A stretch of DNA of 64,000 nt from Eledone cirrhosa. Its lineage: Eukaryota. The notes beneath the pieces are model-generated. The model did no database searches and was not told where the DNA came from. It worked only from the letters and a program-made list of their open reading frames with translations. Where the stretch lies: NCBI GenBank assembly GCA_964016885.1, contig OZ024757.1, positions 38,130,001-38,194,000 on the forward strand, written 5' to 3'. Shown piece by piece: positions 28,935 to 43,149 of the stretch (position 1 is its first letter; each line of letters begins with the position of its first letter). Position numbers and translations under genes: made by a program.

Positions 28935-29360
28935 TTTTCTGCTTCGCCCACATATTCTTGAAGGGTTGTTGGGGCAGAATCCTGAAACAATCCCTCCAGC
29001 GGCTCCTGCCAGAAGAAACCTTCCCCAACTGATCCAGCTGGATCCCCAAGTGCGACCAGACAACCTCATGGATGTTATACAACCATCTTTCACGAGGTCT
29101 ACCGCTGGCTCTCCTGCCGGTTGGTGTTGCCCGTAAAATCTGTCCAAGGGTTCTTTCCTGAGACATTCTATCCACATGCCCTTAGTATCAGAGCTGTGAT
29201 CTCTCAATTTGAAGAAGTATCGGCTCTACCTGGAGTGATTCTCTGATCTCCGAACTACAAATCTGTCTAGGGATTCTTTCCTAAAATATTCTAACCCCAT
29301 ACCGATAGTATAGAAACTGTGACCTCTCAATTCGAAGTAGCAGTGGCTCTATCTGGAGTG
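28935..29360 (-). mobile_element. RTE-clade LINE 3' ORF fragment with internal ~120-bp duplication
   Basis: GHVDRMSQERTLGQILRATPTGRRASGRPRERWLYNI; 29140-29237 repeated at 29263-29360. Confidence 0.8.
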
Positions 29361-30336
29361 CTTATAAGACGTACTCTATTGCCTCGGAAATTACTATGAA
29401 TCAAATTTTGTTTGTTTGTCTTTTCTAATTTGCTTTAGAGAATGCTTCAATGCTCTAACGATTATGCCAAACTACCACGTATAATGAATCTCGGCTTGCG
29501 TCATCTAATGTGTCTATTTCTTAAAATGGCAGTCTCTGATTTCCGAGATTTTCAACAGGTCAAATAGCTAGATAGCAACATAGATGGTATGTCACTGGGT
29601 TGTTGTCATTTGTGGATGTAGTATTTATTTTACTCGCTTCAGTAGAATGCTATTTCTTGTAATGTTTAATATATATAGAGACGAAGTAATCAGCACATAA
29701 TTATATGTTTCACATAGCTTCATTCTTTCATCTTAGACAACGTAATATATTACGAGGAATGTAACTAGATATTGATTCTACCGGACTAGAGGAAAGTGGA
29801 AAAAAAATACATCTTTACCAGAAATAAATAAAGAATTAATAGATGATTTTACAGAAAAATAAAAATACAAGAGAAGTATGAAGATTAAGAAAACAAAATC
29901 AAATTAAAAAACACACACAGAAAAAAAACCCAGCTAGAAATGATTGTTATTTTAGCTTAATCTATAATTTGATTTAATTGAAAGACGTATGTAGAAATGT
30001 AATGTTCTAACTAGAATTATCTAAGAGTCTTGTGTTTGGTGAGTTTCAGAATTTGCTGTTCAATAATAATATGAAAGTAAAGGAAATTGGTACATCATGT
30101 GATGAGACGACAAACATTTCTGACACGACACGACACAGTATTGGATAATTTAAATGAAAGTGGAGGATGAATAATTAAAAAAAAAAAAAAAAAAAAATAC
30201 GAACCCCGCCCCTCAAACAACAACAAAAATAACTAACATTATGTTTTTCGAATGTATTTCAATTTTCTCTAGTTATTCGCTTTAATTCATTTTATAGTTT
30301 ATTTCAATTAGATTTTCATTCAGAAATAGAAAATTG

Positions 30337-30640
30337 TGAAAGTGTGTAGCTGAGTGGTTAGTGATGTTTGACATTACAAACGTAAAGTAGTGTGTTCAAA
30401 GTCCTGCAGCGCGTTATGTCATTCAGTAAGACGCTTTATTTCACTTTGATCTAGTTTACTCACCTGACGAAAATATGTTGTACTTGTAATTTAAAATGGT
30501 CTGATTTTTCACACCGCAACTCATTTCTTCAGCTGAGTAAACTGGAGCAACGTGAAATAAAGTATCTTGTTCAACATCACAACACAACGCAAATCCCGTT
30601 CCGAGAAACGAACTCACAACCTCAAGACAGTAAGCTCGAC
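30337..30640. mobile_element. two SINE family B copies, tail-to-tail
   Basis: CTTTATTTCAC core on + (30433) and GTGAAATAAAG on - (30553). Confidence 0.7.
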
Positions 30641-31909
30641 GATATAAGCACTTACAAAATAGGGTCAAAATCTTGTAACGATGGGAAAAGAAGTGGCCAT
30701 CAGCTAATATTAGGAATAGAGCCCCTATATTTCGCAGACACCGGCTAGGCTCTTTAGACTCACCGATTTCTGAGAGATATGTGGTTTAACTTCTCATGGC
30801 AGATGATGGCAACTTCTTTTTAAGTCTATAAACGGTCTTCACACTATTTTATAAGCTATTTTATCGCATCTTCACGCATGAGGACAGCTTTCTTTATATT
30901 AAATTTATCTTAACTTTATTCTCTCAGCCCTTTGTAAAAAGCCCGATAGATAGGCTACGTATACACGATACATATTATTCTTTTAAATTGGTCAATGTTT
31001 TTATACTAAACCCAGGGGTTTTTCATACATGTTGGTATTATCAGGGTTAAATATTAACAATCCTAAACATTATTGAACGCCTCTTTTTATGCGTTTGTCA
31101 AATGATGAATATCCGTTAGCATCGGAGACAGAAAACAGTTATAAAATATAAAATGGAATTTACTTGAAATTAATTATAGAATTAGAAAAGAAAATGTGGA
31201 CTAAATCAAAAGAAGAATGATATAAAAGACATTGGCAAAATAATTGAGCTATGTAAACATATCAGAAAACCATTACAATTATAAAAATACACGAATGGAA
31301 ATAGAATATATAAAGAGTTACAAAAATGGTAAAATATAAAACAAAACATTTTTTTTTTTCAAAAATACATATTCATGATATATTTGTTATTCAAATGTTT
31401 TTGTGTGTGATACATTTGGAAACATTGGTGATACACAGACACCAAAGACGAAAACAAACAGTGAAGAATTGTTTTCAATAGTTTGAAAATAACCCTTCCC
31501 TACCAAGGGAAGACAAAAAATATATACGTGAGCGTGTATGTTTGTATGTATGTAGGTATGTAGGTATATAATATAACTGCACATATATGCATTTATATAT
31601 ATATACACACATAAATATATATAAATATACACACACATACATACAAATTATATATATATATATATATATAGGCAATTGTTTTTTCCTTATTATTTTTGTC
31701 TGCCTAAATTCATCACTTTGTTTAAGAAATTTAAATCAATATGTTTTAGACTTTAGTTTTTTATACCTACATATGTATAAGTGTTTCTTCGTTATATATT
31801 GTAATATCAAAGTTGTTCGATAGTATTTTTATAACAATTATTTTGTGAATGTTCATAGCAAGAATTGAGATAACATGTTTCACAATGCAGAAATCGCTCG
31901 TGCAGACAC

Positions 31910-31966
<57 letters not shown>

Positions 31967-32180
31967 AGATATGAGAATAGATATGGGTGGATAGATAGGT
32001 AGATATATGTTCATATACACATACATACATACTTACATTCATTTATATACACGTTCCTCATACAACCTTTGTTTATCGTTTTGACTTGTTTCCGATCGTC
32101 AACTTGTACTCTCTGTTAATTTACCTATATATATATATATATATTTGTAGTAAGGTTGCTTGGATGTGTCCATAGGCGAT

Positions 32181-32227
<47 letters not shown>

Positions 32228-33214
32228 AAGAACAGATAGGTGGTGAGATAGATAGATAGAATAGCAGGAAATTAGAGAGATTGCTTGTGCAAGAACTATT
32301 GAGCGTTCATTGTAAATTCATAAATGATAATATATTTTCGAAGATGCATGGAATGAAATCTGAAAATTGGAAAATGCATCTCCTGTCAAAAGCAAAGGCA
32401 ATGAAACTGCGAAACGGATCATTGAAACGAAACACATCCACACACTCAGATATTTAAGAATATATAGGAGAATGATAAAGAAATACTAACATTGAATTTC
32501 TATTCTTCCTTGAAAGCTTTCTTCAATAAATATCAAGAGCAATATGAAGGATCTCTACAATCTTTGGAATCACTTAGAAATGATGGTTTTAAATCTAGAA
32601 GATAGAGTTATTAGAAAAGACAGCAGGATAAAACAAAGCAAAGAAAAGCGAAATTAATCATAAAAATATAGATAAACGGTGAAAAAATAAATTATTAAAG
32701 ACACAAAGAAATACACCAACAATGGGATGAAATTAGAATAAACTGAACATATAAACATACAAACAATTTAGAGTTAAAATGCCTTTTAGGAAAATAAGAA
32801 ATTGGAAAGGTATGGGGAAGCAAGAAAGCGAAAATAATACTCAATCAAAATAAAGCCAGTATCTCTGTATTAATGAATTGAAAACCTAAAACGAATTCTT
32901 ATAGTTGCCTCCAGCTATTTCGATTCCATTTCACTCGTTTCATTAAATGCCATTTCAAAAAAGGTGCTATAGCATGCAAGATAATAATATTCTCTATAAA
33001 TATGAGAGAATGGGTGCCAATATTGAAGTGATAGATCACTTGAATCTATTGCTTATGGGGTGTATTCAAATGAAGAAAATGGAAAAGTAAATATAATTGA
33101 TGTTGTTGTGCAATGTATGAGGAGTTTATTCCTTAAGTACATCATTCTTTATATTACGTTGTATAACCTCTCATCTCTGCGATTTCTTTCCTCTCTCCAT
33201 TTATGTTATTCTCT

Positions 33215-33580
33215 CTCTCACTTTCTCTCTCACTCTCTATCTCTCGCTTCTCTCTCTCTCGCTTCTCTCTCTCTCTCTCTCTCACTCGAATCTCTTTCGC
33301 TTTCTCAATCTCTCTCTCCCTCGAATCTCTCTCGCTTCTCTCTCTCTCACTCGAATCTCTCTCACTTCTCTCACTCGAATCTCTCTCGCTTCTCTCTCTC
33401 TCACTCGAATCTCTCTCGCTTCTCTCTATCTCAATCTGTCTCTCTTTCTCTATCACTCTCGTTTTCTCTATCTGTCTGGCTTTCTCTATCTGTTTCACTT
33501 TCTCTCTCTCTCCCTCGCTCTGTCACTTACTATCACGCTTTTCCGCTGACTCTCTCTGAAAATCTCTCTGTCTCTCTCCA
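33215..33580. repeat. CT-rich minisatellite (CACTCGAATCTCTCTCGCTT units)
   Basis: Direct inspection. Confidence 0.9.
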
Positions 33581-34496
33581 TCGCTCCCGTTTCACTCCTC
33601 ATTTTCGATATTTTGTATTAACTTGGCTCTCTTTTCTCACTCTCCTGTGTGATCCTGTCTCTAACGTGTACTCTCGAAGAAGGGTTTAAGCCCGACACGT
33701 CGAAATGTCTTTCCTCTTTCCTATATAAAATACTAGAAATATAAAGATATAATTTGTTAGAATGTTCATGTAAAATCTTTTGAATCTAAAGAATATTTAA
33801 TCAAGCTGAATGTCAACTGATTAAGAAAACCATCGACAATTGCAAATAAAATGTTCGTTGTCTGTAAACTTCCTCTTTTAAGTATAATGAAGTGAAGTAC
33901 TTCATGTTCAACAATCTAAACATAACACTTTGATTACTTCATATAGCAACACCTTGTTTCATCCGTATTTACATTGAAAATATTTAGATTTTCACGAGCA
34001 ATATCATATCTATCACGAATTATATATAGTGTCATTTTCAACGTATTTCATCAAGATTTTTTTTTCGTTACTTTTTAGATAATAATTTTCTCATATCAAG
34101 ATTATGGAGAGTCATGTGTAACCGCGTCTAATATCCGATATATTATACATATATTAAAAGTTAATGCGGTAACAGAATTAATAGAACACGTTCTCTATTG
34201 ATAACTTTGAAAACACGTTTTCACTTTCATGTCTGTATTTCAATAATATAATATAAGCACAGTAGACTGAAATTATTCATATCTTTAGAAATAGTCTATA
34301 TTCTATATAAAACGAACTATTTTTTTTTTTTTTAAATAAAAAACAAAATTCTTAAAAATAACTTTATATGAAGAAATATTACATCTTACAGGATATTAGA
34401 TAATGCCAAATCATGCATTTGAATTTCCAGCAAAAAAATATATGTTTGTTTATTTTTTAAAGTGAATTATTTTTTTTCTTTTATCATCTTACAAAA

Positions 34497-34625
34497 TAAT
34501 TGTTTCTACATTAGGCACAAGGCCAGCACTTACCCAGTGCATTACTGGTACTTTATTTTATCGACCCCCGTAAGGATGAAAGGCAAAGTCAACCTCGGCG
34601 GGATTTGAACTCAGATTGTAAAGAG
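34497..34625 (-). mobile_element. SINE family A, truncated
   Basis: Reverse-complement match. Confidence 0.85.
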
Positions 34626-34742
34626 TTAAAAAGGTAGTTGAAGATATTAATGAAATAGTGTTTTCGTCTATCTCTATGTGAGGTATTACCGTTGCAATGC
34701 ATCTATAGTCGGATAGGATATCTTTAAAAATTACAGTTCAAT

Positions 34743-34783
<41 letters not shown>

Positions 34784-34921
34784 AAATATGTGTATCTCTG
34801 TATATATATATATCCTTGGAGGGAGTTCAGGTATACTCCGAGTTGGTATCCAGTTTCGGGGTGTAAATCCAATTAGAAAATCCAACGAACTTGAGAGGTC
34901 CACGTAAGCCTTGATATATAG

Positions 34922-34952
<31 letters not shown>

Positions 34953-35020
34953 GATATGTCCCAAGGCTCTGATACCATCAATACTATAAACACAGAGCTG
35001 GCTTATCTAAGAACTGACTA

Positions 35021-35076
35021 ACTGCCTGATGAGGTCATAGCCATTCAATGGCTATCATCGAAATATATATAGCAGT
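35021..35076 (+). ncRNA. hammerhead ribozyme in a PLE tail (34955-35121), identical to the 2549-2604 HHR
   Basis: ACTGC-CTGATGA-GGTCATAGCCATTCAATGGCTATCATC-GAAA-TATATAT-A-GCAGT then AAATAAA; (TA)n on both sides. Confidence 0.85.
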
Positions 35077-35629
35077 AAATAAAGGATTATGAGTTCATGC
35101 AATTGACTTATCTTTCGTCACTATATATATATATTCCAAATTACGTAGGAAATATCGATGTTAAATACCGCAAATAGTTGTTTTCCGAAATGATAGATTG
35201 ATGACATAGCATCCATGTTCAACCCTTTTGGAAGAAATGTCGTAGAACCAACGAGAGCTAAATTTTGCTTTCGATTGAGCATAGTTAGCTCGGATATCAG
35301 AGACTTGCTCCATTTAGAGATTCTACTTCTCTGAATCGAGAGATAAAAGCTCAAGCTGCTATCCTAAGTGTTTCCAATCAATGTCATTCTCAATGCATGG
35401 GTCGATCTATGTTAGGAGGAGCAAATCCCGGACCTAAAGATTTCGAAGCAAACTTCTCACCCATTCGTCTATGTTGCATACACGGCATCCTTTACGATCT
35501 ATGGGTATTTATATTTTCTTTTTCTTCTTCTTTGCCTGCTTTGCCTTCTTCTTTGCCTTCTTCTTCTTCTTTGCCTTCTTCTTCTTTGCCTTCTTCTTCT
35601 TTGCCTTCTTTGCCTTCTTCTCCTCCTTC

Positions 35630-35775
35630 CTGAGAGGCACTTGGGGGACAGAGTCCTCAAATACTCATTCCAGTGAGTCCTCTCAGAAGAAACCGTCTTC
35701 CACTGAGCTGTCTGGATTCCCAACCGAACCCATCCAAGCCGATGGCTGTTATCCAACCATTTTGCTCGGGTTCCA
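35630..35775 (-). mobile_element. RTE LINE 3' fragment
   Basis: RAKWLDNSHRLGWVRLGIQ...WNEYLRTL, homologous to the 28935 and 53015 fragments. Confidence 0.7.
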
Positions 35776-37448
35776 TAATATAAACATCATCGTATATCTA
35801 GTAATATATATATACTGATACAAGTCTATTTTACTCCTTTTCTCACTACATTTAGTTTGTATACCTTTTATTTTTGAGATGTTACATAACCCTTTCTTTA
35901 TTTCCCTTCATAATGCGAAAATTGTATACCCATTATGAGATTACAAAACTTTCAAATCATGTTAAAACTTTCCGTGTCTCTATATGTGATATGTGATTGT
36001 GTTATATATTTTTTATGAATGCGAATGAATTTCATGAGGTTATAGGACTAACATATCAATGCATTGATGTAAAGATATCTAATGAATGAATGTGTGTATG
36101 AATAAGATAATATTTATAAAAATATTGCATAGTGATAAAACTAAAAAAAAGAGACAAACAAACTCGAGTAAAAGGCTTCAGCGTTGCAGTATAGAATCAA
36201 AAAGATCTCAATTAATAGATGTATAACTAATAATAATTATTATTTGATTTTTTTTTCTAATATTTATATATATATATTTTATATTTTTATTTTAAAAAAA
36301 TATATATTTATTATTATTATTTACTATATTTTTATTTCTATTTATTTATTTTAAATAATAATAATAATAATAATAACAATAATAATAAAAATATGGAGAA
36401 GAATGAATAAATAAACAAACAAAACAGATTTTTTACTGAAATGCTTCGATGTCAGATTTTTCAAAGAAATACTGACTGCTCTGGTCGGTTTTGAAGAATG
36501 TTGTGTAAAAGAAGGCAAATAAATAAATTGATTGTAAGCCTATATATGAAAGTAAAACGGTGGTGGTCTGGGTTTGTTTACGTGTGAGGTGTGTTTGTAT
36601 TAAAATGAGTGTATTACACTGTGTGTGCATGAGTGTGTGTGTACGTACGTGTGTTTCAGTGTGTGAAATACATACTTCTTTCTCGCTCTGTGTGTGAATT
36701 ATATTAATGATGATGGATATGATAAAGGGAGGAGTGGAAGGGAGGGAGAGCGGGGGGGGGGGGGGGGGGTAAAGGGAGACTTTCTAATGTTCCACCCATT
36801 CTAACTAGTCATATTTTTATTATAGTCAGAAAGTTCAGACTCAAAGAACTAACACCATGATAATAATAATAATTGTTTATTTATTTATTTATTAATGATA
36901 ATCATGATGACGAAGATGGTGATAATAGCGGTGCTGATGTATTCCACAGTAGTTATTGTGTTCTATTGTCATCAGAAATATTTGAAAAAATGCTATTAAT
37001 GTTATTCCTACTGTTTTCTATTTGGTGATTGTTCCACATTATTTCGTCGAACGAAAACCCCAAGATTTGATTTGTTTGTCCTTGTATCGTCGCCTGTATA
37101 GTGGGTCATCTGTGGGTCCTTAATAGATTCATTATGTCTAACAATGTGGTGCCAATCGTCTGTTTCTCCTATCCCTTTCTGAAAGCCATCCTTAATCATA
37201 TATATATAAATGAACCTGAATGTCTGAAGACTAGGATTTTAATCACCAGTTTAGACATTCCTCATGCTCCGATGAAACCAGACATCCTTCTGGAAGAAAC
37301 AATTGTCAGCAAATAAATGTATTAAACTAAGATTTGATATATATATATGAAAGGTATATATTGAGTTAGGAACTCAAAATAGTCTCTTTCAACAAAATAG
37401 CTCTAAGAAAGATATATGTCCGAGCCCTATATTATAATTATATATATA

Positions 37449-37504
<56 letters not shown>

Positions 37505-37514
37505 CTCATTTAAA

Positions 37515-37555
37515 CCGAGCTGATGATCCGATTAAGATGAAACAATTATTCCCGG
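37515..37555 (+). ncRNA. minimal hammerhead ribozyme in a (TA)n-flanked island
   Basis: CCGAG-CTGATGA-TCCGATTAAGAT-GAAA-CAATTATT-CCCGG. Confidence 0.6.
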
Positions 37556-37656
37556 AAGTGGTGGAGAAACTGTTGTGGAACTACCACATGTACCAAACTC
37601 GTCCCCGCTTGGACTGAGTGCTCTACTACTACGGATATAATGCTCCAGTGTTCTAC

Positions 37657-37692
<36 letters not shown>

Positions 37693-38230
37693 CATACTAG
37701 ATATTCTCTCCTACGGAGAGCACTCTCGTATACATGCATGAAAAGATATTTAATAAATCGAGCAATAATATATCGTCCATCAATGGACGTAATATACATT
37801 ATAGACTATTGCAATTGTAATATGGTGACAAGTGATTTTTAACATCTATCGACCATCTTTTTATTGCCTTGACCCAACCAGATGAATCTCGTATCTCATA
37901 TGATTAATACAGTATCTACGTATTTTAATCATTTTCTTTGTATGGTAGAATCAAATAATAAACTGTCTGGTGACAATAAGTTGAGACGACTGGCCACTGA
38001 TACTTGTTTCAATCCGAACTGTTTAGCGATTTTATATAAAAGTTTATTGTTTGAAGTAGCTGAAGAAATGTTCTATTATGGAAATCATTGTTCATATATG
38101 ATTGAGATTTTACAATAAGTAGTTTAGTTAGTATCAAGATAGTTAATATTAGAGATATTTAAATGGTAACTAGCAATAATTGTCTCCAATATTACATTGT
38201 TAAAGATTCTATCATTATGAACTCTTTCTC

Positions 38231-38558
38231 GCGGTCTCTCTCTAGATATATATTTCGAACATATTGGCTGCGTTCATACATGGACAGCTATAAACTCAGT
38301 CAATTGAGAGATGCCTATAACTAGCGGTCTCACTCTACAAATATATTTGGAAAAGATATTGACTGTGTTCATATATGGACAGGTATAGGCTCAGTCAATT
38401 GAAAGATGGCTGCGTTCATACATGGACATGTATAGACTCAGTCAACTGAGAGATGCCTATAACTAGCGGTTTCACTCTACAATAGATTTGGAAAAAAATA
38501 TTGGCTGCGTCTATACACAGACAGGTATAGGTTCCGCCAATTTAGAGATGCCTATTAC
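38231..38558. repeat. tandem repeat: four ~48-bp cores alternating with ~50-bp linkers
   Basis: TGGCTGCGTTCATACATGGACAG..CAGTCAATTGAGAGATG occurs four times. Confidence 0.85.
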
Positions 38559-38974
38559 AAGCTGTATGTCACGATGATGCATGAAGATACTCTGAAAGGA
38601 CGGATGGCTGGTTAATTATCATATTTCTGGTCAATCTATATTGCTTGCTCCTTTATTGTAGTAAATGTCATGTTATCTGGTATTGGTTCAAACGGTGTAA
38701 CAGCAATATTTCCATTTGGTTAAACATACAAATGGAAGTATTGGAAAGGACTATAAATGCCATAAATGACGGAAGGGGAAAGAGAAGAGTAAGAACGACG
38801 AAACAAAGAAAGAAGGGGAAGTGGATAGGGCGGCAGACTCGACACATAGGTCCGAGCTGTGTTTTGGCTGCACAATAGGGGTGAAGTGCCATCGTTTTCT
38901 CTCTATTATTTTCTCGGTATCGTACTTTCTATATCGTTCTCTCTCTGTCGTTATCCATCTATAATTATGTATTG

Positions 38975-39163
38975 CGGGTGATTGGCATTATCGGTAGAGG
39001 GTCGGACGCCATCGGAGTTACGGACCTTGCCATTCTGAGTTCAAATCCCGTCGAGGTTAACTTTGCCTTTCATTTTTACGGGGTCGATAAAATAAAGTAC
39101 CATTAATGTACTGTAATAATTGCTGGCCTGGTTCTGGCCTTGTGCCAAAAGTAGAAACAATTA
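38975..39163 (+). mobile_element. SINE family A
   Basis: Head, core and tail. Confidence 0.85.
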
Positions 39164-39267
39164 TCATATATATATCTAGTTCTCTTGTGACGCTAAACTC
39201 CGCCAGTTGCAGACTACGCATAAACATGTGATATCTCTCTCTCTCTCCACAAAGTTCGATCACCAGC

Positions 39268-39304
<37 letters not shown>

Positions 39305-39445
39305 TATGTCTCTCCCTCTGTCACTGTCTCTATCGCTCTCTACCACTCTTTCCCCCTCTCGCCCCTCCTCTCTCTCTCTCTACCACTCTTTCCCCTCTCG
39401 CCCCCTCTCTCTCTCATCCCTCGCCCTCCTCTCTCTCTCTCTCTA

Positions 39446-39490
<45 letters not shown>

Positions 39491-40293
39491 ATACTTGGGG
39501 AGGGTCATATTGTTGTAATAATATTGCCAGAGTTAATAACAGAACATAGTCACTGTTTGGTTGGTTTTCGCTTCTGTATCTTTTATATCAGTTAATTTAT
39601 TCGGTCCTCAATGTTTACCATTGACTGACCAACGGTCAAAATTACAGATATACTATAGACATAAACACATATATATAGTCTAACAAAGTTCTTTCTTTGC
39701 ACCTCTGCAACATCGTCAGTGGTGCTATTATGTTTCCTCCTATTATATATATATATATATTGTATATATGTATTATATATATATATATGTATATATATAT
39801 ATCTATCTCTCTCTCCCACTCTCTCATTTGTTTATACTTATAACTGTTAGTTTCTTTGATAAATTTAATACAACTCTAAATATTCTCCACAACTGAACAA
39901 TACACTCCATTAACAATATAAGAATATTGCTATCATAATTTCTCATAATCACGCTATTAATTAACTTGTGGATATTGTCAACCGTTTAAAACCTCAATTT
40001 ACATATTAACTAATTAGTATTATCTCTTAATGATGATATTGTTGTTACAGGTCCACACACACACAGACACACCACACACACACACAGACACACCACACAC
40101 CACACACACATGCATACACATAGACGATCAAAAGGGCACGGACCAAACATACACATATACAAATCCACACACTTACAAACACACATACTCACACGCACAT
40201 GCACACGTACACACGTACGGTCAAAACCTCACGGAGAAAGATATAATAGGATTGCTCGCACACATACAAGATACATGCACACACACACACACA

Positions 40294-40337
<44 letters not shown>

Positions 40338-40742
40338 CACATAAATATACGGACGCATACACTCGCACATAAAAAAACAGATACATACACACGCACACAC
40401 ATACCGTATATACTCGCGTATAGGTCGCACTTTTTTAACGATAAATAAGCATACATTTTTGTATGCGAACGAGTGGTTGACTGTATCTCTCCCCAGTCTG
40501 TCTTTAGCCATATGTATCCCAATATATACATATACGTGTATATATTCAGTCATAGATTCTATATAGACATTTATTTCAACGTAATATATTTAATACTAAA
40601 ATATTTCCTTAAATCATTGAAAGTTACTTTTACTTCTTTGAATCTCAGCTCATGCTGGGTAATGTTATTGGATTTCTAAATACTTTCTTCATCTTTGCTA
40701 CATATTTGGCGATTACAGTGCGGTTAATATGTTCTTCAGTTG

Positions 40743-40785
<43 letters not shown>

Positions 40786-40829
40786 AATATATATATATAT
40801 ATTCACAGAGAGAGAGAAGGATAGGTAGA

Positions 40830-40907
40830 TATACACATATATATATATATAGTGAGAGAGAGATAGCTAGAGAAATAGTTAGATAGGTAGATATATACAG
40901 ATATATG

Positions 40908-40943
<36 letters not shown>

Positions 40944-41006
40944 TAGATAGATAGAGAAATAGTTAGATAGGTATATATAGAGAGAGAGAGACGGGTAGAT
41001 ATATAC

Positions 41007-41043
<37 letters not shown>

Positions 41044-41520
41044 GTTAGATAGATAGATATATATATATAGAGAGAAAGATAGATAGTTATATAGATAGAT
41101 ATAGATATATACTTAGATAGACAGAGAGATAGTTATAGATATATACATAGATAGATATATAGATATATATAGATATATACATAGATATATATAGAAATAT
41201 ATATAGATATATATATAGATATATATAGATATATATATAGATATATAGATATATATAGATATATACATAGATATATATAGAGATATATACATAGATATAT
41301 ATAGATATATATATAGATAGAAATAGATAGATATATAGAGATATATAGATATATACATATATAGAAATAGATAGATATATACATAGATAGAAATAGATAG
41401 ATATATACATAGATAGAAATAGATAGATATATGGATATATATAGATATATACATAGATAGAAATGAATAGATATCGATGGATAGATATAGAGATACAAAT
41501 ATAGATAGGTATATATATAA
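40830..41520. repeat. (TAGA)/(TA)n compound microsatellite
   Basis: Direct inspection. Confidence 0.9.
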
Positions 41521-41836
41521 AGATACATTTAGACACACACACACCCACACACAAAAAACACTCACATAGATATATGTATATATGTACGTTGGATGGTAGC
41601 TAGAGCGCAGCATGTCCTCGTGGTCTGTCTTTGATATTGAACCGTAATCTAAATTTGTATTGTAAAAAAAATGTGTTATCCTTTGAACCTATCTGCAAAT
41701 AAATATATATAATATATATATATATATATTTATTTATGTAATCCCCCCTCTCTCTCTATCTCTCTATATCTATCTCTCTCTCTATCTCTCCCTCTGTTTA
41801 TATATATATAGATAGATAGATATACACACATGCTCT

Positions 41837-41895
<59 letters not shown>

Positions 41896-42075
41896 ACACG
41901 TGTAAGTTGGCTTCTATATAGATAAAAATATATTTCAAATAAAATATAATTTACAAATTAATAGAGATAATCGATAGAAGGTATATTTTATGTTAAGAGC
42001 TGTAGGCATGTTGTATTAGAAAGACGTAGGGATTTCTTTAAACGCACACACACACACACACACATATCATGCAGA

Positions 42076-42428
42076 GGTTATATTTAATTTGTTGGGATTC
42101 AACAAGCTTTAAAATGTTTATAACTGATATAAAGCACTCAACAATTTAGTGGATAAATATACAATATATTAACAAATGGAAACTATATATATAAAACCAT
42201 ATTTAGTCTTTTATACATATTTCAAGGGCCACCAAGGCAAATGATGGTGCGCTTTCATCAGATAAAATACCATACAGATTAGTTTTATAAATAAACATTG
42301 ACATACCCTGAAAAAAGACAACCTTAACGGTTTGAGCTTCCTGGATAGTATTTTATCTGATGAAAGCGCACCATAATTTGCATTGGTGGCCCTTGAAATA
42401 TGTATAATAGAATAAATATAGTTTCCAT

Positions 42429-42436
<8 letters not shown>
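42076..42436. mobile_element. ambisense double-hammerhead fold-back element, copy 2 (HHRs ~42204-42269 minus, 42349-42414 plus)
   Basis: Same leader, spacer and inversion geometry as 11170-11551. Confidence 0.85.
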
Positions 42437-42514
<78 letters not shown>

Positions 42515-42929
42515 AAAATTAAACAGAAATAACAACACAATCCGTACAGTATATGGAAGGAATATATTAGGTTAACGCTTGATATAGCAGGAAGAGGGTC
42601 TTGGCGTTTCGGACGCAAGTTTTTCATTAGAAGAAATAATGAAAAGTAAGATATATTGAAGGGACGATCGGGGTGAAATTGGAAAAAATGTGTAGATAAA
42701 AATAACTGGTCCATTCATGTTGACATCTCTTGGAAAACTCATATGTATATATATATATTGTATATATTTATGTATGTATAGATCTGTGTGTTTGTTTATA
42801 TATACATATGTATATGTACCGGATACATACACACGGACACACACACTAACATATATATATATATGTTTATCTCGCATTCTATCGGGGGTAACCATAGTAA
42901 GTAATGTATTCAATACAAAGCAGAGTATT

Positions 42930-43056
42930 TATATTTAATATAGAAAGGCTTCTACAGTACAAAAACTGTTTCATTCGGAAGAAATCATCAGCTTCCTGAT
43001 GATTTCTCCCGAATGAAACAGTTCTAAACCTGTAGACACCTTTTTATATTAAATAT
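42930..43056. mobile_element. palindrome with two back-to-back hammerhead cores 4 nt apart
   Basis: TCATCAG-CTTC-CTGATGA at 42985-43002; each arm reads CTGATGA-TTTCT(C/T)CCGAAT-GAAA-CAGTT. Confidence 0.8.
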
Positions 43057-43149
43057 ATATATATATATATATTCACACAAGTGCTTATGTGTGTGCAATA
43101 TGCGACACGCATTCAGAAAAAAAAGGTTATGTATGCCAATGACACATCC

